Source: a virus. Taken from it: a stretch of 64,000 bases of DNA. The notes below the pieces were generated by a model. It did no database searches and was not told where the DNA came from. It was given only the letters and a program-made list of their open reading frames with translations. The position numbers and the translations under genes were made by a program. Positions within the stretch are counted from its first letter, which is position 1, and each line of letters starts with the position of its first letter. Location: the IMG/VR virus record IMGVR_UViG_3300036828_000755, positions 32,001 through 96,000 of that record. One strand, written 5' to 3'. Positions 37,983 to 47,012 of the stretch are shown here, piece by piece.

Positions 37983-38291
37983 TTAATAGTGATGGTATTC
38001 CAAGTCCGGGTCCCCGCCCGGTCTCCGGCGACCGGTCTTCGTGTGCCGGAACCAACCCACCGGCTCATCGCTGATCAGCGGATCCCAGGCCTCGAAGGCG
38101 CGAACTGCGCCTGCCACGTCCTCGAATCACCAGAAATCGTCTATCCAGGAGTTGCCAACCCTGCCGATTGCCACGATGGAGTTGTACAACCTAGGGTAAA
38201 CTACCACCTCCCTGCCGTCCCCGACAAGGCCGACGGCCACCGCCTGTCGGAGGAACCTCCTGTCGTTCAGGAACTCCGGCCTATTTCTCAC
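37983..38291 (-). CDS. Conserved-type phage protein interrupted by in-frame TGA at codon 55 (selenoprotein candidate or nonsense allele), 102 aa if read through
   Basis: ...WIDDFW-TGA-FEDVAGAVRAFEAWDPLISDEPVGWFRHTKTGRRRPGGDPDLEYHHY; the downstream frame stays open with no RBS or start. Confidence 0.6.
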
Positions 38292-38541
38292 GTCCCAGGT
38301 CCCACCTGACGTACTCCTCGTCTTCCTTATCCGGGTCCACGCATTCAGTGACCTCTAGCTCGTGCGGGTGAAGCCTCGAAGCTATCCAGTCGTTGAACTC
38401 CCTGCGGTCCTCGTCAGTGCCGTTCCCGGCAGACCAGGAGATCCTGATCGCGTTGCAGGCAAACCACTGGACCACGCCCACGTTCCCGCTGCTGGAGACG
38501 AAGACCCTGTTGTCCATCTTCCTAAGGATGTCCCTTGCCAC
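38281..38541 (-). CDS. Hypothetical protein, 86 aa
   Basis: ORF track; overlapping packing. Confidence 0.55.
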   Translation of the reverse strand: MARDILRKMDNRVFVSSSGNVGVVQWFACNAIRISWSAGNGTDEDRREFNDWIASRLHPHELEVTECVDPDKEDEEYVRWDLGREK

Positions 38542-38905
38542 GTGCCCAGTCCTCCCACTGCGCTACCTTCTTCGGCGTGACGAAGGTCCTCAAGAACCAG
38601 TCCCAGGTCCTGGATTCCCCGACCCTGTTCATCGCCTCGGCGAACGCCCGCTCCCTGAGTGGGCAATCCCTGTAAACGTGGTTGAACCCGTAGCAGTTCG
38701 GGCACCTCCCGGCGTCGAAGTTCGGGTGACGCCCGTCGGGGTAGGTGTACTCGAACTCCCCCCGGTTCACCCTGCGCTTGAATTCCAGGGCATTCTTGAG
38801 GGAGAACCACCTCGCTTCGACGGCCAACCACGGCCCCGAACCAGTGATGAGGTTCCTCCGCCCCCGACTAGGGGGTGGCAAAACATCGACGCTGACCCTA
38901 AGCAT
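38522..38905 (-). CDS. Hypothetical protein with CxxC...HxxxxC Zn knuckle, 127 aa
   Basis: RCPNCYGFNHVYRDC. Confidence 0.55.
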   Translation of the reverse strand: MLRVSVDVLPPPSRGRRNLITGSGPWLAVEARWFSLKNALEFKRRVNRGEFEYTYPDGRHPNFDAGRCPNCYGFNHVYRDCPLRERAFAEAMNRVGESRTWDWFLRTFVTPKKVAQWEDWARGKGHP

Positions 38906-39548
38906 TCGCAGCTCCCCTCGTCCCCAACGAGTAGTTGAAGTCCACCGGGCCCGAGAAGTCTTGCTCGGCGTGCTCCTCCGCGCTAGCCACGAACTCGTCG
39001 AGTGACAGGGGTTCGGGGCTTTCCCCGAAGTACGGCATAAGTATCACCGGCCCGTTCCCCTGCACGTTGCTGGTCCAGACCTTGGATGGGTAGAGCCCGC
39101 ACCTCGACCCGTCGATCCCGAGGTCGACCATCGCGCAGTACATCCTCGAGTACGCGATCGTCGTCGACGTCGGCTGGTGGAAGCTGAACAGGTGGCAGTT
39201 CCCGCTCTTGCTCCTGCAAGGCAGGAGCGGCTGCCCCAGCTTCCCCTTCAACGCCGAGACCGGGTAGTCGACGTCAATCGCCGAGAATACGCAGGTCTCG
39301 TTCTTCCTGGTTGGCGAGATGGCGAGGTGCTTGCCAAGCTCTCCCCTGAGGTGCGCCAGCCAGTCTTCCCTGGTTGGGACACCGCCAAACTTCGGCGTGA
39401 AGTCGCCGACAACTTTCCCAATCTTCGGTGAGTGCTTCGCGCTGAATATGGCGAAGCCCTTGGGCGAGCCGTCAAACAGCGCCGCCATCTTTTCCGCCGC
39501 GAGTCCTAGTTCCACGTGCCTTCTCCTTGTTTGCCACGAACCTCGCAT
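38898..39548 (-). CDS. Stand-alone AEP-superfamily primase-like domain, about 200 aa
   Basis: WLAHLRG, AIDVD (DxD), CRSKSGNCHLF (SxH-type motif), GNGPVILMPYF. Confidence 0.65.
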   Translation of the reverse strand: MRGSWQTRRRHVELGLAAEKMAALFDGSPKGFAIFSAKHSPKIGKVVGDFTPKFGGVPTREDWLAHLRGELGKHLAISPTRKNETCVFSAIDVDYPVSALKGKLGQPLLPCRSKSGNCHLFSFHQPTSTTIAYSRMYCAMVDLGIDGSRCGLYPSKVWTSNVQGNGPVILMPYFGESPEPLSLDEFVASAEEHAEQDFSGPVDFNYSLGTRGAANA

Positions 39549-39690
39549 CGGATTTCTGCTGCAGCAGCGAGAGCCTCCGATGCATCAGGCCCTCCGCCGG
39601 CGACAGGTGAACGTCCTCCAAGATCTTGACCACCATCTCGAGGTCGCTCAACCTTATCCTCAACGACACGTCTTTCTTGCGTAAGCTCAA
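39472..39690 (-). CDS. Hypothetical protein, 72 aa
   Basis: ORF track. Confidence 0.45.
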   Translation of the reverse strand: MSLRKKDVSLRIRLSDLEMVVKILEDVHLSPAEGLMHRRLSLLQQKSDARFVANKEKARGTRTRGGKDGGAV

Positions 39691-39691
39691 C

Positions 39692-40672
39692 TCATGCTCT
39701 CCTCTGCTGCTCCAACCAGTTCCTCTCCTCCTTGGTCATGCCATCTCCTGGTAGTTCTTCTTCCTCTTCCAAGTCACCCAAGTCCTGGCTTGGTAGCTCA
39801 TCCACGATTTTTGCCACCTCGACCACTTCTCCCGGAGGCTGGTCTCCAGGCTCTGGGATCTCCGGGTCAGCAAACCCGAACCGGGTCCTCTCAGCGAGCG
39901 ACATCTTCGCGATTTCTTCTAGGGGGATCATCACGGATGATTTCGGCGGCACAACTGCTGGTGGGCCAAACCCTTCCCGTGAACCTGAGAGGGTTTGCCT
40001 CACTTGGGTTTCCTCGATCGACATCCCAGGCCTAGGATTCGCCAAACCCGACCTCTCGGCTACCCTCTTCGCGGCCCTCTGGGAGCGAGAGAGCCCGGAG
40101 ATGTTCCTCGCAGCTTGGTCGAACTTGCCATTGTTGATGGCAACGATCGTGGCGTTGTCGAGCCCGGTCGCCGCCCTTATTTTCTCAAGTGAGTTGTTCG
40201 CCTTGAACAAGAATTTTACGGCGTTGATCTTCGCCTTCGTCAAACCCCTTGGCAAGATCTCGGGGAGAACCACGGACCTCTCGTTCCTCCGATCCTCGGC
40301 AGTCCCGCGCCTGGTCAAGATGCCCAGCTCGTATGGGAGGGAGAGCCCCTTCGACGTGCTGTGTTCCGAATACCTCAGTTCTTGGTGGTGCGGGTTGATG
40401 CAATACTTGTGGTCGCAAGCATACCGGATGTCGTGCTTGTCCGGCACCTCCCCGCGAAATGCCGCGTACAGCGCCTTCTTCACCGAGACAACTTCCCCAG
40501 TTCTCGGGATGGTCACGTGCTTCTTTTTCTCGTCCTTCAGGAGCCAGTGCTTCGGACCCTTCCGCTGGATCGTGATCATCTTCTCCAACTTGAGGTGCAG
40601 CCTAACCTTCATCCTTTCCTCCAACAATTGTTCGGACAAAATCACCGAGGTTGACCGGAGTTTTTTGACCAT
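39692..40672 (-). CDS. Degenerate HNH-like (His-Me finger) plus HTH protein, 326 aa
   Basis: YAAFRGEVPDKHDIRYACDHKYCINPHHQE (Y in place of the catalytic H), then LTKAKINAVKFLF...SLEKIRAATGLDNATIVAI HTH and an acidic tail. Confidence 0.55.
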   Translation of the reverse strand: MVKKLRSTSVILSEQLLEERMKVRLHLKLEKMITIQRKGPKHWLLKDEKKKHVTIPRTGEVVSVKKALYAAFRGEVPDKHDIRYACDHKYCINPHHQELRYSEHSTSKGLSLPYELGILTRRGTAEDRRNERSVVLPEILPRGLTKAKINAVKFLFKANNSLEKIRAATGLDNATIVAINNGKFDQAARNISGLSRSQRAAKRVAERSGLANPRPGMSIEETQVRQTLSGSREGFGPPAVVPPKSSVMIPLEEIAKMSLAERTRFGFADPEIPEPGDQPPGEVVEVAKIVDELPSQDLGDLEEEEELPGDGMTKEERNWLEQQRRA

Positions 40673-40766
40673 TGGCTAACCCAGTCAACGTAAATTGGTT
40701 CCACTGCGTGAACGACCCGAGCGACGGGATGTGTCCAATTGTCATAATAGGGTCGTTGGGGTTGGG

Positions 40767-40979
40767 TCATTTTTTTACCCCACCACCTGACTTCTCCCGT
40801 ACCACGTACCTCGGTAGGCAGAGGTTCCCCAGCAGCCGTACCATGACTACGATGGACCTGGGATATTGATCCCCAGCGACCACGATGGCGCCCGCCAGGT
40901 CTTCCGCCGCGACGTAGACGTCCTCGAACCCCCTCGATTCTGTCTTGTGGTTTATCCTTACCTTGTAGACGTTCACCAT
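40767..40979 (-). CDS. Hypothetical protein, 70 aa
   Basis: ORF track. Confidence 0.5.
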   Translation of the reverse strand: MVNVYKVRINHKTESRGFEDVYVAAEDLAGAIVVAGDQYPRSIVVMVRLLGNLCLPRYVVREKSGGGVKK

Positions 40980-41206
40980 ATCCTCGGTTCTTCCCGCCCC
41001 ATCCTCTTCCTCTCTTTTCTCCTGGCTTCCAGGAACGCCCTCAGCGACTCCTTCGCCTCGTCCGGCGAAGCGCCGACAGCCCAGTAGCTCGTGTCTTTCG
41101 CGTCGGGTGACAGGGGGTCGTGGCCTTCTGCCCGGTACCAGTCAGGCTCGCCGCTGAGCCGGCCCAGCTGCCTGACCCTGAGGTTCGCGACATCACCTAG
41201 CTCCAA
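40973..41206 (-). CDS. Hypothetical protein, 77 aa (weak HicB-like AVGASPDEA motif)
   Basis: ORF track; motif resemblance only. Confidence 0.45.
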   Translation of the reverse strand: MELGDVANLRVRQLGRLSGEPDWYRAEGHDPLSPDAKDTSYWAVGASPDEAKESLRAFLEARRKERKRMGREEPRIW

Positions 41207-41411
41207 CGCAGCTCCTCTCGGGAGAAGGACTCACCTGGTGGGCCGTTGTTGCGGCCGACGAGGCATGCCAGAACCCGAGCGCGAAGAACAGCGCGGCGAG
41301 CAGGACGAACTCGACCAGCGACAACTCCTCGTCCATCAGCCTGGACACGTAGTAGCCGACGAGCGCTATCGTCGCGGTGAAGGTCAACGCGTCATGGTTG
41401 AGCAGCGGCAT
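41193..41411 (-). CDS. Small membrane protein, 72 aa
   Basis: Two hydrophobic segments. Confidence 0.5.
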   Translation of the reverse strand: MPLLNHDALTFTATIALVGYYVSRLMDEELSLVEFVLLAALFFALGFWHASSAATTAHQVSPSPERSCVGAR

Positions 41412-41537
41412 GGCCAGGCCTCTTCTTCTTCACCCATATCTTCATCTTCACGTCCACTCCCACTTCCAGACTTCTCGGTATGCTCCGCATACCGGAAGTA
41501 ATCATCGGCATCCCGCGTCCTCCCAAAATTGTGCCAT

Positions 41538-41572
41538 CTCCACTAAACCATTATAACACAGGACATCACCAC
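41538..41572 (-). promoter_or_regulatory. Leftward promoter-like element GTGG-N7-CTG-N3-TATAAT-GGTTTAGTG
   Basis: Perfect TATAAT at 41550-41555 at the head of the leftward block; same motif as the four copies at 49.0-49.8 kb. Confidence 0.6.
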
Positions 41573-42935
41573 GAAAACAGATAAATTAACTGCGGTAGCC
41601 ATTTTGTGAGTATTATACCAGTGTAAAATACCACAACGATTTTCCTCAGTTTTACAGGGGGTTGTTTCGGAAGCCATGTACATTTTTGAAACATAGACGT
41701 TTACTACGAGAAAACTCATGTTACAATGTAACCTGATGAATTTGGGCACAACCCAAACCTCGCAACGAAGAAACCCCGCAGTACCACCGCAGTCCCACCT
41801 GTTCTTTTCTCCCGAAAAAATCCTCGCAGCAACGAACATCCTCGATTCGTCACTAAAAAAGATTAGTTGCTTCTTAATCAAATTTATTGGCGCTATTGTC
41901 CGCCTATTGGACCGAGGATATGAGCCAATAAGTCACAAAATCTCCCTAACTCCTTTCAAATCAATAGCATAGGTCCCGCTTGAATGGGCCTGGTTATTGG
42001 CACTATATATGTGACATGGAAAAATTTTTTACTTTCACTGCCATGTCACATACACGGATCCAATATCCCAATAACGGGTTACGGAAGTTGTTGAAAACAA
42101 AGATCAATTAATACCGTGAGAGCCAATAGCTGGACAATAACGCCAATAGGTACAAATTTTAATCTTTGTAAGAGCGTCTCGCAAGTTGTTGATAACAAAG
42201 ACTTGTTGAGTCCATTTCCCATCATTGGCAGATTTTAATAAACCTATGGCAAGAACTCGTAAGTTGTTGAAAACAAAGATCAATCACCTCCGTTTTTAGT
42301 TTTTTACCTACTACATTAGTGTTTGCACTCCATACACATAGTATTAATTTTTCTTAATCTTCACTACAGACTATCGATGTAGTTTAAGTTTCTTCTCGTG
42401 GCGACCGCGTCGACGCGACGCAGCCTTCCTTTTCTTACTCACCCCAGACTCCAGACTCCAGACTCCAGACTCGAGTAGGCTGCAGCTTGCGATGAGTTAC
42501 TGGGAGCTTGTGAGGAGAAACCGGAATCCAGAATCTGGAGTCGCTTCGCTACCTCTCGTCCCTCGAGTACAGGGGGTTAGGTCGATAACTCAAAAGTAGC
42601 CTATATTAGACTAGGGAAAATCTTACAAAGCAGTTTTTCGAAAAGTTCCCGCGGACGGCTTCGGGGGCGGGAGTCACTTCTACGTGATTCTTACTCAACA
42701 GACCCCCTGTATATCGGTACCAAACACGGTCGCGGTATATTTGGCCATAGGTTGGGGTAAAACTTAGGAAAGAAAAGGAGAATAAGTAGCAAGTAATGTA
42801 CGGACTAAAGTTGCAGAACAAGAAGGTGATCGGGCAGATGTCCCTGACTCGCGCATTCGCGAAGATGGAAGCCACGGTCGTTGTTGCCGTTGTTCGGTTG
42901 AGCGATGGCGCTATAATAAAGGAGAAGAAGTAATC
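41573..42935. other. AT-rich non-coding strand-switch region with iteron-like repeats (candidate origin or genome-end region)
   Basis: Markedly AT-rich; no credible ORFs; AAGTTGTTGAwAACAAAGA at 42085, 42183 and 42261; CCAGACT x4 at 42444-42471. Confidence 0.55.
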
Positions 42936-43262
42936 GTGAAGAACTTGATCAAGGATGCGATGCTTGCTCTGCAAGTATCGAAGAAGGAGGGGAGCACTAG
43001 TATACAAGCTAGTGTTCCTCAAACAATGGAGGTAAGCTTTCCCAGGTCATCTAGGGAGCAAGAGCTGCTGGAAGCAAGGGAGCAGATGAAGGGTCTTGCA
43101 GCACTGTTCAAGGAGGTGCAAAACAAGTGGTGGTCAGCGGAGTGCAAGGGCTTCAAGGCGATCGCTGATAAGGTCTTCGAGATGAGGAAAGAGGTCATCA
43201 AGAAGCAGGATGAGCTGTTGGAGAAGTATCCGGAGCTCATTGAGATGGTGACGGAACTCTAA
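42936..43262 (+). CDS. Hypothetical coiled-coil protein, up to 108 aa
   Basis: First rightward ORF. Confidence 0.5.
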   Translation: MKNLIKDAMLALQVSKKEGSTSIQASVPQTMEVSFPRSSREQELLEAREQMKGLAALFKEVQNKWWSAECKGFKAIADKVFEMRKEVIKKQDELLEKYPELIEMVTEL

Positions 43263-43303
43263 AGTGAGGTGCCGCGGATGCTGGTGCTACGGTCCGCGGC
43301 ATA

Positions 43304-43341
43304 CGGGAAAATTGGGCCTTCCCGCTTAGATCTTGCCCTAT
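43304..43341 (+). repeat. 38-nt intergenic stem-loop element, copy 1
   Basis: CGGGAA-AATTGGGCC-TTCCCG...AGATCTTGCCCTAT. Confidence 0.75.
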
Positions 43342-43346
43342 GAAAG

Positions 43347-43604
43347 ATGAACATGAGAATAAGAATAATTGATGTCAATGGAAAGCAGTACAAGGTTGTT
43401 GGCAATCTGACTGGACGCGAGTACGACACTCCTGACCAGGTAGGCGGTGAACAACATCGCGCTGGGTGGGGGTTGTATATCTGCAGAGCAGGGGAATGGG
43501 GAGCAGAAGACGCGGAGTACATCTTCGTCCCGCATGATGCGGCTATGCAGCCGTTCAACTCGACGTACGTCATGACCAGTGCTCAAGTGGAGGTTGTTTC
43601 GTAG
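43347..43604 (+). CDS. Hypothetical protein, 85 aa
   Basis: ORF track. Confidence 0.55.
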   Translation: MNMRIRIIDVNGKQYKVVGNLTGREYDTPDQVGGEQHRAGWGLYICRAGEWGAEDAEYIFVPHDAAMQPFNSTYVMTSAQVEVVS

Positions 43605-43633
43605 TCAGTGAAGCAGGTCCATAAGGACCTGCA

Positions 43634-43671
43634 CCGGAAAATTGGGCCTTCCGGCACAGATCTTGCCCTAT
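43634..43671 (+). repeat. 38-nt intergenic stem-loop element, copy 2
   Basis: CCGGAA-AATTGGGCC-TTCCGG...AGATCTTGCCCTAT. Confidence 0.75.
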
Positions 43672-43683
43672 AAGGAAGTAAAA

Positions 43684-44131
43684 ATGTTGACGAAGATGAA
43701 CGAACTCAAGGGTGTGTACGATGCCCAGGGGGTTGTGTTGAGCATAGTCGTTGAGCACGACAACCGCTACGCTAGGCGTGTGTTGTTTCAGCTTGATCGG
43801 AAGATGCACTCGATGGACAGGAGCCTTGCCCCTGTTCCTGCTGAGCCGAACAAGAAGACGCTCAATGAGATGGTCTTTGGAAAGGAGGAAAAGTAGAATG
43901 GCAAATTCTTTCTTACCTGCAATATTTACTTGTGGGGCTTGTGGACACGATTACAGTGGTTCACACTCGTGTATTACAAATCATGACTTGCGAAATCCCG
44001 CAGACCTTGAGCGACTTATGGGAATCATGAAGCGCTTGGTATTGGACGGGTTTAACTTCTCACTTGACGGTGACACTCACTCGGTAACTGTTAAGGCGGA
44101 ACGTCAGCAAGTTAAGTGGACGCTTGGATAA
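43684..44131 (+). CDS. Two small hypothetical proteins (43684..43896; 43898..44131)
   Basis: RBS plus ATG for each; from ORF track frames. Confidence 0.5.
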
Positions 44132-44149
44132 GGGCTAGCACGAGCATGT

Positions 44150-44176
44150 ATTTACCGAGCCGGCGGGACGTACCGG
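44150..44176 (+). repeat. 27-nt intergenic hairpin motif ATTTACCGAGCCGGCGGGACRTACCGG, copy 1 of 6
   Basis: Exact motif followed by TTTTT. Confidence 0.9.
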
Positions 44177-44260
44177 TTTTTCAGTTAAAAGACTCTGGGG
44201 AATACTTTACCGATATAAAAGTGTTAACCTGTGTTAAAATAATAAAGGAGAAGTGTTGTT

Positions 44261-44596
44261 ATGTTGAACAAAACAAAGCTCATCGTGCTCGATAACCTGA
44301 TGTACAAGGTTGAGGAGGATGGTCACAAGTACCAGATGCATGCTGACCAGATCCGCAAAGCGTGCGGACTGAACGAGGGGAAATTGCCCGACAACGAGGA
44401 GAACAAGACCTTCAGGTTGGAGAACTGCACGGTGCTCTTCCTGACGAAGGAGGACGCGAAGGTCAAGTACCCGAAAGCGAAGCGGCCGTACCGCATGCTC
44501 GTGTACTGCCCCAACTTCTCATGCAATGGTAGGCTGATCCCGGCTGGCAAGTTTCACCAGCACGCCCGGATGATACATAGAAAGGAGGTGAAGTAA
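44261..44596 (+). CDS. Hypothetical protein, 111 aa
   Basis: AAGGAG RBS; ORF track. Confidence 0.6.
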   Translation: MLNKTKLIVLDNLMYKVEEDGHKYQMHADQIRKACGLNEGKLPDNEENKTFRLENCTVLFLTKEDAKVKYPKAKRPYRMLVYCPNFSCNGRLIPAGKFHQHARMIHRKEVK

Positions 44597-44597
44597 C

Positions 44598-44798
44598 ATG
44601 CCAAGGTGCGAAGATTACCCATGCTGCGGTCATGAGGCGGGAGACTGTCCCGATTCTCAGGGTCGCATGACGTGCGTCGAGTGTGGTAAGCGTTTGTCAA
44701 AGAACGCGGCGTCGTCCATCTGCGCAACTTGCATTCGCAAGATGAATCGCAGGATGAGCAATGGCGGCGACGACCACGACTATTCGATGAACTACTAA
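44598..44798 (+). CDS. Cys-rich small protein, 66 aa
   Basis: RCEDYPCCGH...CVECG...CATC. Confidence 0.6.
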   Translation: MPRCEDYPCCGHEAGDCPDSQGRMTCVECGKRLSKNAASSICATCIRKMNRRMSNGGDDHDYSMNY

Positions 44799-44807
44799 GG
44801 AGAAGAA

Positions 44808-45041
44808 ATGCATTTCAAAAACTCTGCGGAGTATAAGGCACACCTCAAAGCTCATGGAATAACTTTTGAGGAGAACGAGAGCACTGACCAAGTTAAGTTT
44901 GGCTTGGCGAAAGGTATCTTGCTCATCATCGTCTGCGCGTTAATCGGTGCTTTTTGGGCTCAGGTTGGCAACGATTACCGAAAAGCGCTGGACAATGATC
45001 GGCTTGATAAACTTCTAAGCCAGGGTGCATATCGTCCGTAA
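44808..45041 (+). CDS. Small single-TM protein, 77 aa
   Basis: AAGGAG RBS; hydrophobic segment. Confidence 0.55.
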   Translation: MHFKNSAEYKAHLKAHGITFEENESTDQVKFGLAKGILLIIVCALIGAFWAQVGNDYRKALDNDRLDKLLSQGAYRP

Positions 45042-45056
45042 TTAGAAAGGAGAAGT

Positions 45057-45575
45057 ATGCTGTACGAAAGAAGAACCGCGATATTCGAGGATATCGCGGA
45101 AGCCGAGAGCGTTCCTGAGCTCGACGCGATGGTTCGCCACTGGGAACTTGAGTTCCCCGAGGCGATCGCCAACGTCGAAATCATGACAGCTGTCGAGAAC
45201 AGGAAGATGAGTATCCCGGTGCCAGTGGCCGAGGACAACCAATCTATCCTAATGGGGTTGCTCGAGCAGCTCCAAAAACTTAAGACTGAGCAGCCAACGA
45301 TCGAGAGGGCGCAGATAACGAGGTCCTCGAGAAAGTACAAGTTGCTCAAGACTGAGCTGGACTGGACAACAAAACCGCAGATTCACGCGGTGATGAGGAT
45401 CCTGTCCGCCCACGCCAAGCTAGGAGATGTGCTGGACGAGGGTGACATCGTCGAGATGATGGTCGCCAACGAGTCGGTGCTGAACACGCGGCAGGGCGGT
45501 AAGCGGGTCTGGAACTACTACAAGGGCGACCACTTCGAAGGTCTGTGCGCCCACGGGAACATCCAGAAGCTGTAG
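45057..45575 (+). CDS. Paralog family member 1 (shared C-terminal domain), 172 aa
   Basis: KYKLLKTELDWTTKPQ...IL...LNTRQGGKRVWNYYK. Confidence 0.7.
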   Translation: MLYERRTAIFEDIAEAESVPELDAMVRHWELEFPEAIANVEIMTAVENRKMSIPVPVAEDNQSILMGLLEQLQKLKTEQPTIERAQITRSSRKYKLLKTELDWTTKPQIHAVMRILSAHAKLGDVLDEGDIVEMMVANESVLNTRQGGKRVWNYYKGDHFEGLCAHGNIQKL

Positions 45576-45606
45576 TCGTCGGGTGGTGCTACTCTGACGA
45601 TGTTGG

Positions 45607-45633
45607 ATTTACCGAGCCGGCGGGACATACCGG
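45607..45633 (+). repeat. 27-nt hairpin motif copy 2
   Basis: ATTTACCGAGCCGGCGGGACATACCGG followed by CTTTTTT. Confidence 0.9.
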
Positions 45634-45662
45634 CTTTTTTAGTTATCAAGGAGAACAAGAAC

Positions 45663-45899
45663 GTGGAAGATACTAAAGTAACGATCACAGGAAACGACTA
45701 TCGTGAGCCGCTTAAGGATCGCAGCGCAGTCATCAATTGCTTGTGTGATATCTGGGTAGATCTCAACACTGGCAGAGACAATGACGAGCCAGTTGACGTT
45801 GACAACCTCTCGCATATGCTTACCAGGGCAAGGGACTTCCTTTGCAAGGAGTGGAGCATGGATGAGTTTGGGAATTTGACAACGCAGCCTGTAGACTGA
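45663..45899 (+). CDS. Hypothetical protein, about 78 aa
   Basis: AAGGAG RBS before GTG; frame of ORF 45600..45899. Confidence 0.5.
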   Translation: MEDTKVTITGNDYREPLKDRSAVINCLCDIWVDLNTGRDNDEPVDVDNLSHMLTRARDFLCKEWSMDEFGNLTTQPVD

Positions 45900-45916
45900 G
45901 GTGCTTAACATCCCGT

Positions 45917-45943
45917 ATTTACCGAGCCGGCGGGACATACCGG
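45917..45943 (+). repeat. 27-nt hairpin motif copy 3
   Basis: Identical to copy 2. Confidence 0.9.
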
Positions 45944-45968
45944 CTTACTACGAACTAGGAGAAAATCA

Positions 45969-46241
45969 ATGCAGAAGATCAACTACATGGAACACGACTA
46001 CGAATACACGGAGATGCAGACCGCGCAACAGACGCAGGTCGCCGGTCTCAGGAGCTTCTATTGCAGCGAAGCGCCTTTCCCGGTAAGGGAACTGGATGAG
46101 GTGGTGTTCTTCGAGGAGCCGGCAGTAATCAAGGTCCCGGACTCTGAGCTCAGCGAGGTATGCAAATGGTTGCGGCGCGCTGATGTTTGGCTCGCCTTCA
46201 AGCCAGCCGTGTACGAGGAAAACGTCCTGGTATTGCGGTAG
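45969..46241 (+). CDS. Hypothetical protein, 90 aa
   Basis: AGGAG RBS. Confidence 0.6.
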   Translation: MQKINYMEHDYEYTEMQTAQQTQVAGLRSFYCSEAPFPVRELDEVVFFEEPAVIKVPDSELSEVCKWLRRADVWLAFKPAVYEENVLVLR

Positions 46242-46318
46242 TAGTGAATCCCGGAGATGGGTGCTACGCTCCGGGATCATGCGAGGTGACCTACGCATGC
46301 TGATGATCAGGTCGACGT

Positions 46319-46345
46319 ATTTACCGAGCCAGCGGGACATACTGG
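46319..46345 (+). repeat. 27-nt hairpin motif copy 4 (compensatory CCAG/CTGG stem)
   Basis: ATTTACCGAGCCAGCGGGACATACTGG. Confidence 0.9.
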
Positions 46346-46370
46346 TAGCATTCGAACCTAGGAGTGTACC

Positions 46371-46928
46371 ATGAACGCAGAACTGAACAACATCACCGAA
46401 AACGTCGAAGTCAAGGAGGTCGAGGTGGTTGTTGACCCAGTCAATGAGGATGGCATCATCGCAACGGTGATCAACACCGTTGAAGAACCTAAGGAGGAAG
46501 AAGTGGAAGAAGAAGTGAAGAAGGAAGAGCCGATCAGCAACGAGGTGCTGGTCGGACTCATCGCGGAGCTCACAAAAGAGCTCGCAGCAATCAAGGGAGG
46601 TAACACGGGAATGAAGAAGAACCACAAGGTTGGGAAGCCGGTCGCAGGTCGCAAGTACGTCCTGCTGACCAACACGCTCGAGAAGTGGGGCAAGGTGCCG
46701 CAACAGCAGTCGGACATCGCCACGCTGCTCACGAAGTCGTTCAAGGTCGGGGAGGAGTTCACCGAGGCCGAGGCGTTCGACGCGCTGGTCGACAACAGTG
46801 GCGACTACGTCTCCATGACCAAGTCGGTGCAGGACCCGACGTACCTGTTCAAGTACTACCGTGGTCTGAAGAACGACGGTAAGTACGCGGGGTTCGTAGC
46901 GCGCAACTTCATCAAGCAGATCGGATAA
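46371..46928 (+). CDS. Paralog family member 2, 185 aa
   Basis: KYVLLTNTLEKWGKVPQ...LL...VQDPTYLFKYYR. Confidence 0.7.
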   Translation: MNAELNNITENVEVKEVEVVVDPVNEDGIIATVINTVEEPKEEEVEEEVKKEEPISNEVLVGLIAELTKELAAIKGGNTGMKKNHKVGKPVAGRKYVLLTNTLEKWGKVPQQQSDIATLLTKSFKVGEEFTEAEAFDALVDNSGDYVSMTKSVQDPTYLFKYYRGLKNDGKYAGFVARNFIKQIG

Positions 46929-46964
46929 CTCGGAGCACGGGCGCTACTGTGCCGAGTCGATTGG

Positions 46965-46991
46965 ATTTACCGAGCCGGCGGGACATACCGG
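46965..46991 (+). repeat. 27-nt hairpin motif copy 5
   Basis: Identical to copy 2. Confidence 0.9.
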
Positions 46992-47012
46992 CTTTACAAC
47001 ATAAGGAGAAGC

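Noticed and set aside
37983-38291. Genome-wide stop-codon reassignment (TGA=Trp or similar)
   Set aside because: All large genes are intact in code 11 and TGA terminates several of them (e.g. 19725-19727, 63693-63695); only this one site is affected.
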